Shown here: positions 1-8,949 of the stretch, piece after piece
Layout: each line of letters opens with the position of its first letter
Numbering within the stretch: position 1 is the first letter of the stretch
Assembly: GCA_028873075.1 (NCBI GenBank)
Contig: JAGWND010000003.1
Coordinates: 1-44,049 of the forward strand
Length of the DNA stretch: 44,049 nucleotides
Origin: Bacteroidota bacterium
Lineage (GTDB): Bacteria > Bacteroidota > Ignavibacteria > UBA10030 > UBA8401
Reading direction: 5' to 3'
Made by a program: the position numbers and the translations under genes
The notes under the pieces: generated by a model
What the model was told of the DNA's origin: nothing
What the model saw: only the letters and a program-made list of their open reading frames with translations
The model's database searches: none

Positions 1-9
1 ATTAAAGAG

Positions 10-22
10 GTTAGGTTACACA
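10..22 (+). other. Left arm of a 13-bp inverted repeat (GTTAGGTTACACA); XerD-arm-like or integron core-like site, cut by the window edge
   Basis: Exact reverse complement of 519..531. TTAGGTTACAC matches the E. coli dif XerD arm TTATGTTAAAT at 8/11 positions. Confidence 0.45.
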
Positions 23-204
23 AAACAATATCAAACATAAATAGAATAGTGAACGTGCATATTGAATTTCATGTTGATACTATGAATTTTGTACGATTGA
101 AGAAATAAAAGTATTCCGTGAACTTGCCGAAACGTTAGAAAATGGTACATTGGGTAATCACGCATATGAATTTTGCGTGCGACCAAATGGAACTCGTATT
201 GTTT

Positions 205-483
205 TTAATGGAGTAGAGTGGAACGGTTAACATAATCAGCACTAACATCAGTACCTTTTACACGGATGTCGAGTATTTCACCTTTGGGCGCATTCTTTGC
301 TAAATCAGAAAAACGAGCTTGGTATTGCGATTTATGCATTTCTGGATACTTTTCAACCTTTATTGAAATAACAAATTCAATACATACTGGACACTTAAAA
401 TGTTTTCTAAAATCATGGTCTATTAAAACAAATCGTGCAGGGTTGCTACATAAAGGACATTGTTGGTCTTGTATTGATTGCAT
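205..483 (-). CDS. Small hypothetical protein with two CxxC pairs (zinc-ribbon-like)
   Basis: 92-aa ORF with CPLC...CPVC; AGGAG Shine-Dalgarno just upstream of the ATG; AT-rich. Confidence 0.7.
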   Translation of the reverse strand: MQSIQDQQCPLCSNPARFVLIDHDFRKHFKCPVCIEFVISIKVEKYPEMHKSQYQARFSDLAKNAPKGEILDIRVKGTDVSADYVNRSTLLH

Positions 484-519
484 ATGAACTCCTAAGAAAA
501 ATTATTGAATGCTAATTCT

Positions 520-547
520 GTGTAACCTAACTAATATTATACTGCGC
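520..547 (-). other. dif-like 28-bp recombination site (11-6-11)
   Basis: Minus strand reads GCGCAGTATAA-TATTAG-TTAGGTTACAC, compared with E. coli dif GGTGCGCATAA-TGTATA-TTATGTTAAAT. Confidence 0.5.
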
Positions 548-657
548 TCTGTTGAATAATGTGAGCTATCGAATGTTATTCAACTTCTCTGTTAATTGAA
601 AAAAATTACAATTCATTTTCACCTCGTTTCCAATGTCCTCGCTGAAACGTTAGCGCA

Positions 658-748
658 AGTCCCGAAGGGACTCCTTCGGAGCGGGCACAATGGGGAAAAA
701 ATCTAAGAGAATCGTGGGGCTATTCTCTTCCTGCCTGTCGCAGGCAGG
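658..748. repeat. Short GC-rich REP-like palindromes
   Basis: AGTCCC-GAA-GGGACT and CTCC-TTC-GGAG (658..681); CCTGCCTG-TCG-CAGGCAGG (730..748). Confidence 0.55.
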
Positions 749-949
749 GTTTACCTAAAACAATGGGTTCATCTTACCTTTTCTTTACCACAAAATCAAG
801 TCCCCTTTCTTAAAGAAAATCCCTCAAGCCTTTCCCCAAACCTTGAAACCCGTTCAATAAGTGCGCAGCCTAAATTTAATTGCACGATGCACACAACGCC
901 GGTCGGCACGCCGGAATGGCTGGAATTTAGCCTTTTTAATAAAACCCTC

Positions 950-1137
950 GTTTTTAAAATTGAAAATCGTATTAAAAGTTTCTTTTATTGCGTTTTGAGA
1001 AACTTTTATTGTACTAAAAGTTTCTTTTTTCGCATTCCGAAAACTCTTATCGCGATTTCAATTTCTTCTATTGCGTGCAAAGAAACCCTTGCCGCGTTCC
1101 GAAATTTCTTTATTGCATAGAAAGGTTCTTGAATTGG
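950..1137. repeat. Degenerate 21-bp tandem array, about 9 units
   Basis: Units include ATTAAAAGTTTCTTTTATTGC (971), ACTAAAAGTTTCTTTTTTCGC (1013), GATTTCAATTTCTTCTATTGC (1054) and GTTCCGAAATTTCTTTATTGC (1096); one unit (1034..1053) is 20 bp. Confidence 0.6.
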
Positions 1138-1184
1138 GGGGGTGATGTTACTGGAATGGTTTGTCTCATTGCTTACATTTGCCG

Positions 1185-2300
1185 TCACCATTCGAGCGTT
1201 TCGCCGATCATCATCAGCCAATAATTTTCGGGCGAAAGATTTTTTCTTTTCATCTCGTCGCGGAAACGTTTCGGCGGTTCGTCAATCGGCTCGTCGGTCA
1301 GCTTGAATGTTCCCCAATGCACTGCTAACATAATTTTTCCTTTCAAATCGCTGTTTGCCTTTATCGCTTCTTCAGGCGTCATGTAAATCTGGTGCATCAG
1401 CTCTGCCGGTTCGTATCCGCCGATGGGAAGAATTGTCAGGTCGAAAGGACCGAATCTGCTGCCAATTTCTTCGAAGCCGGTAAAGTAGCCGGAGTCGCCG
1501 CAGAAGTAGAGCCGCTTTTCTTTTCCCCAGAGAACGAACGATGCCCATAATGTTTCGTCGCGGTCGGTCAGCCATCGCCCGGAAGAATGCTGCGCCGGCG
1601 TGCAGATGATTTTTATTCCTTTGTAGGTCGTTCCTTCCCACCAGTCAAGCTCCTGCACATTGGAAATTCCGATGTCTTCCAGTTTGTCGCGCAGGCGCAG
1701 CGGCACAATAAAACGTGTAGCCTTGTTTTGCGCTAACTTCATCAGCGTTTCTTTGTCGAAGTGATCGTAATGGTTATGCGAGATAATGACAAGGTCAATG
1801 GGTGGAAGTTTGTCGAATGCAATGCCGGGGTCAACTGCACGCGGAGCGCCTGCCCAGCTTACCGGGCCGAGCCTGCCGCTCCACACCGGATCGGTGAGGA
1901 TATTTTTTCCTTCACATTGAATGAGCACTGTTGATTGCCCCACCCACGTAACGGTGTATGGTTTGTTTTGCGCGATGAGCGATCCATCGTTGGATACGTG
2001 CGGCGTTTCAGCGGTTGCCGTGGAAAACGGCGCCGTGAATTTTTCGATGAACCACGGAACATACCGCGTGAACGGAATTTCTTTGAATGCCGGATCGGGA
2101 TTTTTAAATCCCCCTTCGATTGTGTGGGAGGGCGTGTTATTCGTTTGCGCGGAAAGAGGGATGACGAATAGAACCAGTGATGCCGAGAGGAATTGGATGA
2201 ATGGATAAATGGATTGATGAATTGACGACCTTAAATTTTCCAGTAATCCAATAATCCAACAATGCAGCGATGCATTCGCTTTTTGTTGTCTCGGCATCAT
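1185..2300 (-). CDS. MBL-fold metallo-hydrolase, NAPE-PLD/RomA-like, probably exported
   Basis: Motifs LTDPVW, SHNHYDH (HxHxDH), PAQHSSGR, GDSGY, HWGTF; hydrophobic segment ending PLSA-Q. Start codon uncertain. Confidence 0.9.
   Translation of the reverse strand: MMPRQQKANASLHCWIIGLLENLRSSIHQSIYPFIQFLSASLVLFVIPLSAQTNNTPSHTIEGGFKNPDPAFKEIPFTRYVPWFIEKFTAPFSTATAETPHVSNDGSLIAQNKPYTVTWVGQSTVLIQCEGKNILTDPVWSGRLGPVSWAGAPRAVDPGIAFDKLPPIDLVIISHNHYDHFDKETLMKLAQNKATRFIVPLRLRDKLEDIGISNVQELDWWEGTTYKGIKIICTPAQHSSGRWLTDRDETLWASFVLWGKEKRLYFCGDSGYFTGFEEIGSRFGPFDLTILPIGGYEPAELMHQIYMTPEEAIKANSDLKGKIMLAVHWGTFKLTDEPIDEPPKRFRDEMKRKNLSPENYWLMMIGETLEW
2194..2262. repeat. Inverted octamer arrays (TGGATNNA)n ... (TCCANNAA)n
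   Basis: tggatgaa tggataaa tggattga tgaattga ... tccagtaa tccaataa tccaacaa. Confidence 0.65.
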
Positions 2301-2348
2301 CGTGGTTAAAAAATACGAAAAATAAATCGTAGAAGTTGCGCCTGCACG

Positions 2349-2377
2349 TTGACAAACCGCTCTAAATTTCTTACACT
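2349..2377 (+). promoter_or_regulatory. Sigma70-type promoter for the herA-like gene
   Basis: TTGACA (2349..2354), 17-bp spacer, TACACT (2372..2377). Confidence 0.7.
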
Positions 2378-2393
2378 AACGCAAGCTCTATTT

Positions 2394-2420
2394 GTAGGGC
2401 AAAGCGCCGCTTCGCCCTAC
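2394..2420. repeat. GTAG-type REP-like palindrome
   Basis: GTAGGGC-AAAGCGCCGCTTC-GCCCTAC: perfect 7-bp outer stem plus inner AAGCG/CGCTT. Confidence 0.65.
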
Positions 2421-2458
2421 TGTTCCAATGAGAACTCTTCAACAGTACCGGTACATAC

Positions 2459-4066
2459 ATGACAACTTCTGAAAAACATATCGGCATCATTCAAGATGTC
2501 TCCAGTTCTTCTGCTATCGTTGCGCTTGACGACACGCTCGATTCATTCGAGCGTGCAATAAACGGCAAGACGTATCGCATTGCGCAATTGGGTTCGTTCG
2601 TGTCGCTGCCGATAGCGGACGTCACCGTTATCGGCATGGTAACAAATGCGAAAATTAACTCATCGCAGGACGACGGGAAAAAGAAGTCAATTGTTGTTCA
2701 ACTCATCGGTTCCGTTGCCGATGGAAAGTTCGAAAAAGGTCTTGCCATGTTTCCGCTCATCGGCGGCGATGTGTACATGACTGACGACGACGACCTTACA
2801 CAATTCCTTTCTGCCTTTGCCCAGTTCGGGTTTGCGGTCGGCGATCTTTCCGGGTACGCGGGAGAGAGATTGTACATTGACCCGAACAAATTTTTCGGGA
2901 AACATATTGCGCTTCTCGGTTCAACCGGATCGGGAAAGTCAACCGCAGTCGCATCCATTCTCCAAAAGGTGCAGATGTTTTCCAACACGCACGTCATTGT
3001 CCTCGATATTCACAATGAATACGCTGCTGCGTTCCGCAGTTACGGAAATCTTATCAACCTTACAGAGCTGGAGCTGCCGTACTGGTTCATGAACTTTGAA
3101 GAGATGCGTGAGATGTTCGTTGACGAGAGCGAGCCTTCGGCGCAGAGCCAGATTATGATGTTGAAAGATCTCGTGCTGAATTCGAAGAAAGCAAAAAACC
3201 CCACGATCCAGCAATTTATCACCGTTGATTCTCCCGTCTATTACGACCTGAACGAAGTCCGCGCAAAATTTCAGTTCTACGATACCGAGCGCGTAAGCGG
3301 CTATGCCGGCGGACAGGCGCGCGAAGGCCCGTTCTACGGACAGTTCACGCGCTTTCTTGTTCGCCTCGACAGCCGCATGACGGACAAGCGCTACGAATTT
3401 ATGTTCCGTCCGCGGAAGTATAAAGACTCCGGTGCGCTGAAAGAGATTCTCACGCGAATGTTCGGTTTCGAATCGAAGAAGCAGATCACGGTGGTGGACC
3501 TCAGCGGCGTCCCGTTCGACATTGTCAACACGATCGTCTCGCTGCTGGGCAGAACGGTGTTTGATTTCAATTTCTGGAATAAGAGCAAATCGGATTTTCC
3601 CGTGCTGCTTGTCTTCGAAGAATCGCACAACTATCTCCCGCAAATTCCAACGCCGACAAACCGCGCCGCGCGGCGCACCGTGGAGCGTATTGCAAAAGAA
3701 GGAAGAAAGTACGGGGTTGCCTGCATGATTGTCAGCCAGCGGCCGTCGGAGCTATCGGAGACGATTCTTTCGCAGTGCAATAATTTCATTACTCTGCGCC
3801 TGACGAACCCGAACGATCAGGCGTACGTGAAAAAGCTTGTGCCGGATTCATTCGGCGGTTTGCTCGATGTGCTGCCGTCGCTCCGCCAGGGCGAAGCGAT
3901 GATCGTCGGCGATGCCACGGCGCTGCCGATGCGTGTCATGCTCGATTTCCCGTCGCCTCCGCCGGACAGTTCGGATATTAAATTCTACGACAAGTGGGTT
4001 GCGTCTGAACAGCCGACCGTCGTTTCCGATGTTGTCGAGCGGTGGTGGAGGCAGGAAAGGACGTAG
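2459..4066 (+). CDS. HerA/FtsK-family ATPase (HAS barrel + DUF87-type domain)
   Basis: N-terminal HAS-barrel-like region, Walker A GSTGSGKS, LDIHNEY, Walker B LLVFEESH, IAKEGRKYG, SQRPSE. Confidence 0.9.
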   Translation: MTTSEKHIGIIQDVSSSSAIVALDDTLDSFERAINGKTYRIAQLGSFVSLPIADVTVIGMVTNAKINSSQDDGKKKSIVVQLIGSVADGKFEKGLAMFPLIGGDVYMTDDDDLTQFLSAFAQFGFAVGDLSGYAGERLYIDPNKFFGKHIALLGSTGSGKSTAVASILQKVQMFSNTHVIVLDIHNEYAAAFRSYGNLINLTELELPYWFMNFEEMREMFVDESEPSAQSQIMMLKDLVLNSKKAKNPTIQQFITVDSPVYYDLNEVRAKFQFYDTERVSGYAGGQAREGPFYGQFTRFLVRLDSRMTDKRYEFMFRPRKYKDSGALKEILTRMFGFESKKQITVVDLSGVPFDIVNTIVSLLGRTVFDFNFWNKSKSDFPVLLVFEESHNYLPQIPTPTNRAARRTVERIAKEGRKYGVACMIVSQRPSELSETILSQCNNFITLRLTNPNDQAYVKKLVPDSFGGLLDVLPSLRQGEAMIVGDATALPMRVMLDFPSPPPDSSDIKFYDKWVASEQPTVVSDVVERWWRQERT

Positions 4067-4124
4067 AGCGAATATCTGAAAGCGTTTTTTGCTGTCTGAC
4101 ATTTCACCATAACCTAAATTTTCA

Positions 4125-4817
4125 ATGCTGTTTAATAATCAATTACCGACAGCCGATTTCCGATTACAAACGATTCATTATCTTATCGCGATAATCGCTG
4201 CGCTGTTTTTTTCTTCATGCTCAAAAAAGCATCTGGATACTTCGCCTTCTGTTCCTTCAGATTTTATATCGAAGCTCGAGACCCACCGCGCGGAAGTGGA
4301 TTCCGTTATGCATTTCGCGCCGGATTCACCGTTCAACCGGGATACAACCGTTGCTTATCATGGTCTGAATTATTTTCCTCCGAATGCGGAGCTCCGTTTC
4401 GGATGCGTTTTACACCGCTATCCGATTCCAACACCGACTGCGGTAGTGGGAACGAAAGGTGAGATACGAAGCGAAATGAAGTACGGCTATTTTGCATTTA
4501 CGTACAGGGAGAAAAATTACCGCCTCACTGTTTACAAAATGTCTGACCAAGAATTGCGCAAGCATGGCAGCGGGCTGGAGGATTATTTGATGGTTTGGTT
4601 CACCGACAGCACAACGGGAAGAGAAACATATCCTGTCGGGCGGTATGTGGATGTCGAGCGCGAATCTCCCGATCCGAATTTTCTTTACACGCTCGATTTC
4701 AATTACGCATACAACCCGTACTGCGCGTACAGCGCCAACTATTCATGTGCTGTCCCGACGAAAGAGAATGCGCTGCCTTTCCCGGTTTACGCCGGCGAGA
4801 AAAAATACCATAATTGA
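4125..4817 (+). CDS. DUF1684 family lipoprotein
   Basis: FTDSTTGRETYPVGRY, LDFNYAYNPYCAYSANYSC and AGEK motifs; lipobox-like FSSC. Confidence 0.9.
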   Translation: MLFNNQLPTADFRLQTIHYLIAIIAALFFSSCSKKHLDTSPSVPSDFISKLETHRAEVDSVMHFAPDSPFNRDTTVAYHGLNYFPPNAELRFGCVLHRYPIPTPTAVVGTKGEIRSEMKYGYFAFTYREKNYRLTVYKMSDQELRKHGSGLEDYLMVWFTDSTTGRETYPVGRYVDVERESPDPNFLYTLDFNYAYNPYCAYSANYSCAVPTKENALPFPVYAGEKKYHN

Positions 4818-4819
4818 AA

Positions 4820-6604
4820 ATGCTTCAAAGAATTTCTTCTGCAACGAAAATCAGAGGACATCATTTTCTCCGCTGCATTTTTCTTTCTTTCATTGTACTC
4901 TCTCTTGCCGCTGCTCAGTCTTCCCTTTTTCCCAAGCGGGAAGTCCGCGCAGTGTGGCTGACGACTGCGGGGGGTGCAGATTGGCCTGCGTCATTCAATG
5001 CCGAGGAGCAGAAACGCTCTTTGATCCAAATTTTCAATACGCTTCAGAAAGAAAATTTCAATACCGTTTTTTTTCAGGTGCGCCCGCGCGGGAATGCGTT
5101 TTACCGTTCAAGCTACGAGCCGTGGGCGGCAGAACTGACCGGGACGCTCGGGAAAGATCCGGGATGGGACCCGCTTGCGTTTGCAATTGACGAAGCGCAC
5201 AGGCGCGGAATGGAACTGCATGCGTGGTTCAATGTGGCGAAAGTGTACGGCGAAGGAATGCCGCCGGTGAGTTCTCCGCGTCACATTGTGCGCGCTCATC
5301 CGGAATGGGTGCAGCAATACAACGGCGAGTGGTGGGTCGATATGGGGATTCCGAATGTGAGAACGTACACAGAGAACATAGTAATGGAGTTGGTCCGGAA
5401 GTACAATCTCGACGGAATTCATTTCGATTACATTCGGTACCCGGGGGAGAAATTCAACGACTGGAGTTCGTTCCGCGCATTCGGAGGCGGGATGAACCGC
5501 GACGATTGGCGGCGGAATAATATTACGACGTTTGTCCGCGACATGTACCGCGAGATTACCGCAGAAAAGCCGATGATGAAAGTCGGCTCGGCGCCGCTCG
5601 GAGTTTACACGCAAATTCCCGGCGCGTCGTCGGGGTTCGCCGGTTATTCTGTTTTGTACCAGGATTCGCGGTTATGGCTGCGCGAAGGAATTCACGATTA
5701 CCTTGCACCGCAAATTTATTGGAGTTTCGGCGAACAATCTTCTCCTAACGATCCTGATTTCCGCGCACTGTGCATTGATTGGGCGCGGAATAATTTCGGC
5801 AGGCACATTTATATCGGTATCGGCGCGTACCGCGAAAACGTGCGCAGCGAGATACTGGAGCAGATATTCATGGCACGAAGCACGGAAGCGAATGGCGAAG
5901 CGTTTTTCCGTTATGAAAATATCGCCGACATGCCGTCTCTTGTTGCGGCATACAAATATCCCGCCCTTATTCCGCCGATGCCGTGGAAAGATTGCATCCC
6001 TCCGCTGCCGCCTGAAAATATCCGTGTGAGCGAGCCGCAGCCCGATCTCTCTCTGATTCAGTGGACAGCGCCGCCTGCTGCTGCGGATGGCGATACAGCA
6101 TGGCGATACGTCATCTACCGTTCTACTTCCGAAAATATAGATACCGACAATCCGCGCGCGATTGCCGCTGTCGTTCCGGCAACGGAAACGAGGTACATTG
6201 ACCGAACGTCGAACACGTTCGGAATGAAATTGTATTATACAGTAACCGCGCTTGATCGCGGCAATAATGAAAGTGTTGCACCGACATTAGCCGGTACTGC
6301 ATTTTCCGTTTCCGAGAAAGCCTCGAATAAGGCGGAGCCGGCATCATTGTGGCTCGCTCAAAATTACCCGAATCCTTTTTTCACACGCACGTACATTTCC
6401 TACAAACTGAATAGGCGGATGCCTGTTGAGCTGGTAGTCAGCGATACGGCAGGAAGAACGGCAATGACGCTCGTGCGCGAAACGCAAAATCCGGGAACGT
6501 ATATCGTTTCGGTTGACGCCGCGGATTTGTCCGAAGGGAAATATATTTATCGTCTGAAGGCGGGATCGTTTATCAAGACGAAGTATATGGTGAGAGGAGA
6601 ATGA
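4820..6604 (+). CDS. GHL10 (DUF187/YddW-like) glycoside hydrolase with FN3 domain and T9SS C-terminal sorting domain
   Basis: REVRAVWL, FFQVRP, WDPL, ELHAWFN, DGIHFDYIRYP, DYLAPQIYW; YYTVTALDRGNNES (FN3); LAQNYPNPF...YIYRL (Por/T9SS CTD). Start could be TTG 4814. Confidence 0.9.
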   Translation: MLQRISSATKIRGHHFLRCIFLSFIVLSLAAAQSSLFPKREVRAVWLTTAGGADWPASFNAEEQKRSLIQIFNTLQKENFNTVFFQVRPRGNAFYRSSYEPWAAELTGTLGKDPGWDPLAFAIDEAHRRGMELHAWFNVAKVYGEGMPPVSSPRHIVRAHPEWVQQYNGEWWVDMGIPNVRTYTENIVMELVRKYNLDGIHFDYIRYPGEKFNDWSSFRAFGGGMNRDDWRRNNITTFVRDMYREITAEKPMMKVGSAPLGVYTQIPGASSGFAGYSVLYQDSRLWLREGIHDYLAPQIYWSFGEQSSPNDPDFRALCIDWARNNFGRHIYIGIGAYRENVRSEILEQIFMARSTEANGEAFFRYENIADMPSLVAAYKYPALIPPMPWKDCIPPLPPENIRVSEPQPDLSLIQWTAPPAAADGDTAWRYVIYRSTSENIDTDNPRAIAAVVPATETRYIDRTSNTFGMKLYYTVTALDRGNNESVAPTLAGTAFSVSEKASNKAEPASLWLAQNYPNPFFTRTYISYKLNRRMPVELVVSDTAGRTAMTLVRETQNPGTYIVSVDAADLSEGKYIYRLKAGSFIKTKYMVRGE

Positions 6605-6610
6605 GAAACC

Positions 6611-6657
6611 GGGATATTGGATTACCCGACCGCTCGTTTGCATAAATCCAATAACCC
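6611..6657. repeat. Inverted octamer-type repeat between convergent genes, possible terminator
   Basis: GGGATATTGGATT (6611..6623) and AATCCAATAACCC (6645..6657) are complementary at 12/13 positions. Confidence 0.5.
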
Positions 6658-6740
6658 AAGCATCTCGACTTTTACCTCTCGGTCAAATTGCCAAAAACAC
6701 TGCTGATCTTTTTCTCCATCGTCAAGTGAGTTAAGCCGGC

Positions 6741-7685
6741 TCACCAATTTCCCATCGGACCGCCGTAGGCTCCCTGATCGTTTCTGCTGCCGTCAAGGTT
6801 GTTGAAAGCGGGAGAAGGATTTCCTGCGCGGCGGCAGGGCGAGGATGAGAGAAGGTGAAAATCAGACGTTGAAGCGAAGAGCGGATCGTTTGTATCCGAT
6901 CCGAAGAAGTTGTATTTCACAAGATACCGGCTCGAGTCGCTGGCGAGTATTTGCAAGTTGGGGTCCAGCGTGCGGCTCGCATTTTCGTAGAAAATATTAT
7001 TTTCTATCGTGTCGTCTTGCGCGCTTGAGACGGCAAGCCCGCCCCCCGCGTTCCAGCTTGTGTTGCCGAAAAAAGTATTATTCACAATTGTTGCTGTCGA
7101 ACTGTCTGCTACCACAGCGCCGCCGTAGACGGAAGCCTTATTCACAGAAAAAACCGAATTGGTGATTGTTCCTTTTGAAGCAGACAGGGAAATGCCGCCT
7201 CCGCTTGGAGCGTTGTTTTGGGCCAACAAACAATTATGAACCGTGATTGATGAATTGACGACGTCAATGGAGCCGTTTCTTGTTCGGTCGTTTACCGCGT
7301 TGATTTTTTCGAACACGGCAAACTGAAATGCGGAGATTCCCGTAGAGTTCAGAATTTTTATTCCGTCCCACTGTGTGTGCAGCGCTGTGAAAAGAATCGT
7401 CTTATCAGCTGTGCCTTGTGCAAGCAAAGCCCCGCGGACAATAATTACTGTGCTGTCGTCGCAGAACACCTGCACCCCCGGTTCAATTGTGACCGATTGT
7501 GAAGAATCAATGACAATTGTTCCTGAAAGATAAAACGGGGAATTAGCGAATTTCAATGTGCCGCTGATGTGCCCCGAAAGAGGAGTGTGCGCGGGCGTCG
7601 GCAGAGCCTGATCCGGGCCGAGTTGCTCGCGGCAGCCGGACGAGACCATGAGCAGTACAAGGATATATGGAACAGTCCGATTCAT
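6741..7685 (-). CDS. Lipoprotein with right-handed parallel beta-helix repeats
   Basis: Lipobox VSSGC; repeated NxA..GGG motifs; C-terminal DFHL..SSPC...NDQGAYGGP. Confidence 0.8.
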   Translation of the reverse strand: MNRTVPYILVLLMVSSGCREQLGPDQALPTPAHTPLSGHISGTLKFANSPFYLSGTIVIDSSQSVTIEPGVQVFCDDSTVIIVRGALLAQGTADKTILFTALHTQWDGIKILNSTGISAFQFAVFEKINAVNDRTRNGSIDVVNSSITVHNCLLAQNNAPSGGGISLSASKGTITNSVFSVNKASVYGGAVVADSSTATIVNNTFFGNTSWNAGGGLAVSSAQDDTIENNIFYENASRTLDPNLQILASDSSRYLVKYNFFGSDTNDPLFASTSDFHLLSSSPCRRAGNPSPAFNNLDGSRNDQGAYGGPMGNW

Positions 7686-7731
7686 TCCATTTTCCGCCTT
7701 CCGTCATTCCGACAATCCGTTCTTCCAAGCA

Positions 7732-8949
7732 TCAATATTCTTTCCTGTTCGCGTACACGTTCATTAACAACCCTGCCAGGATCATAAATGAACAGAGCGA
7801 AGAGCCGCCGTACGAAAGAAAAGGGAGCGGAATACCGATGACCGGCATCAGTCCAACCGACATGCCGATATTCACAAACATGTGGAAAGCAAACAACGCT
7901 GTAATGCCGAGCGCCGTAATGCTGCCGAATTTATTTTTGGCAACATGTGCGAGCTTGACGCCGTGCAGGAATAAAATTGCGAAGAGCGTGAGGATCACAA
8001 TAGCACCGATAAATCCGAATTCCTCTCCCGGAACACAGAAAATGAAATCAGTCCACTGTTTTGGTATGAAATTCAACTGTGTTTGCGTTCCGTGCAAATA
8101 TCCTTTTCCGAACAGGCCGCCTGAACCGATCGCCACTTTCGCTTGAATGACATTATAGCCGGCGCCGAGCGGGTCGTTGTTGGGATTCAGAAATGTAGAA
8201 ATTCTTTTTTGTTGATACAGGGCAAGTTTTTCGTACACAACTTGCACAAAAATGCCGACGACAGCATTTACACCGAACATCAACGAAGAAGAAAACATAT
8301 CTTCGCGCAGAAGGTACAGCGCGACCCCGACGAGAGCGAGTACAACGACAAATGTCGTTGTGCCGATCAATGCCGCGACAGCGATAATCGGCGGCGTGAG
8401 AAGCGCAACGATGAGAAACTGCGATGCACCTGCCCAGTACAAAACAGGCAGAAGCATTGCAATAAATGTAAGGGAAGTGCCGAGATCCGGTTGGAGCATA
8501 ATCAGCGCCACAGGAAGAAGCACAAAACCGCACGCTTTAAGAATGTCCGTCGTTTTGCCGATGCTGACGTCGCTTCGGCTGAGGTAGGAAGCGAGTGCGA
8601 GCAGTGTCGTTACCTTGACGAACTCGGAAGGCTGAATGCCGAACCCGCCGATGCCGAACCAGCTTGTCGAGCCGTATACTTTTTTGCCGATAGCGAGCAC
8701 AATGATGAGCAGCGCCAGTGAAAGAGCATACACGATATACGCCGAGCGCTGAATGAGGCGCAGCGGTGTCGCAAGCGCTACTATCATCAGCACCAAACCG
8801 ATTGCCGTCCACACCAACTGGTGATCAAAACTGCGTCCTGCCTGCATGTCGAATGTCGCGCTGTAAATAGAGAGCAGCCCGATAACAATCAACGCTAACG
8901 TTGTCCACAGTGTTGTATGATCAAAATGTTCTTTGAAAAAAGAATTCAA
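7732..8949 (-). CDS. rodA: Rod shape-determining SEDS glycosyltransferase RodA
   Basis: IQPSEFVK, LQPDLGT, GAGYNVIQAKVAIGSGG, TDFIF, PFLSYGGSS. Probable TTG start at 8949 overlaps the mrdA stop; the longer ORF start lies inside mrdA. Confidence 0.95.
   Translation of the reverse strand: MNSFFKEHFDHTTLWTTLALIVIGLLSIYSATFDMQAGRSFDHQLVWTAIGLVLMIVALATPLRLIQRSAYIVYALSLALLIIVLAIGKKVYGSTSWFGIGGFGIQPSEFVKVTTLLALASYLSRSDVSIGKTTDILKACGFVLLPVALIMLQPDLGTSLTFIAMLLPVLYWAGASQFLIVALLTPPIIAVAALIGTTTFVVVLALVGVALYLLREDMFSSSLMFGVNAVVGIFVQVVYEKLALYQQKRISTFLNPNNDPLGAGYNVIQAKVAIGSGGLFGKGYLHGTQTQLNFIPKQWTDFIFCVPGEEFGFIGAIVILTLFAILFLHGVKLAHVAKNKFGSITALGITALFAFHMFVNIGMSVGLMPVIGIPLPFLSYGGSSLCSFMILAGLLMNVYANRKEY

Noticed and set aside
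1-108. Open frame at the window start (IKEVRLHK...RLKK*)
   Set aside because: Short, no recognisable motif, overlaps the dif-like arm; cannot be judged without upstream sequence.
950-1137. Possible CRISPR array
   Set aside because: Units are contiguous and degenerate, with no identical repeats separated by unique spacers, and there are no cas genes.
887-1221. ORFs 887..1120 (+) and 1006..1221 (-)
   Set aside because: They run through the degenerate 21-bp array with no family motifs; treated as repeat, not as intact genes.
2939-3643. Long antisense ORFs (also 18468..19133, 23489..24190, 16617..17225, 40977..41672, 8143..8721)
   Set aside because: They lie opposite well-supported genes and lack motifs; typical shadow ORFs.
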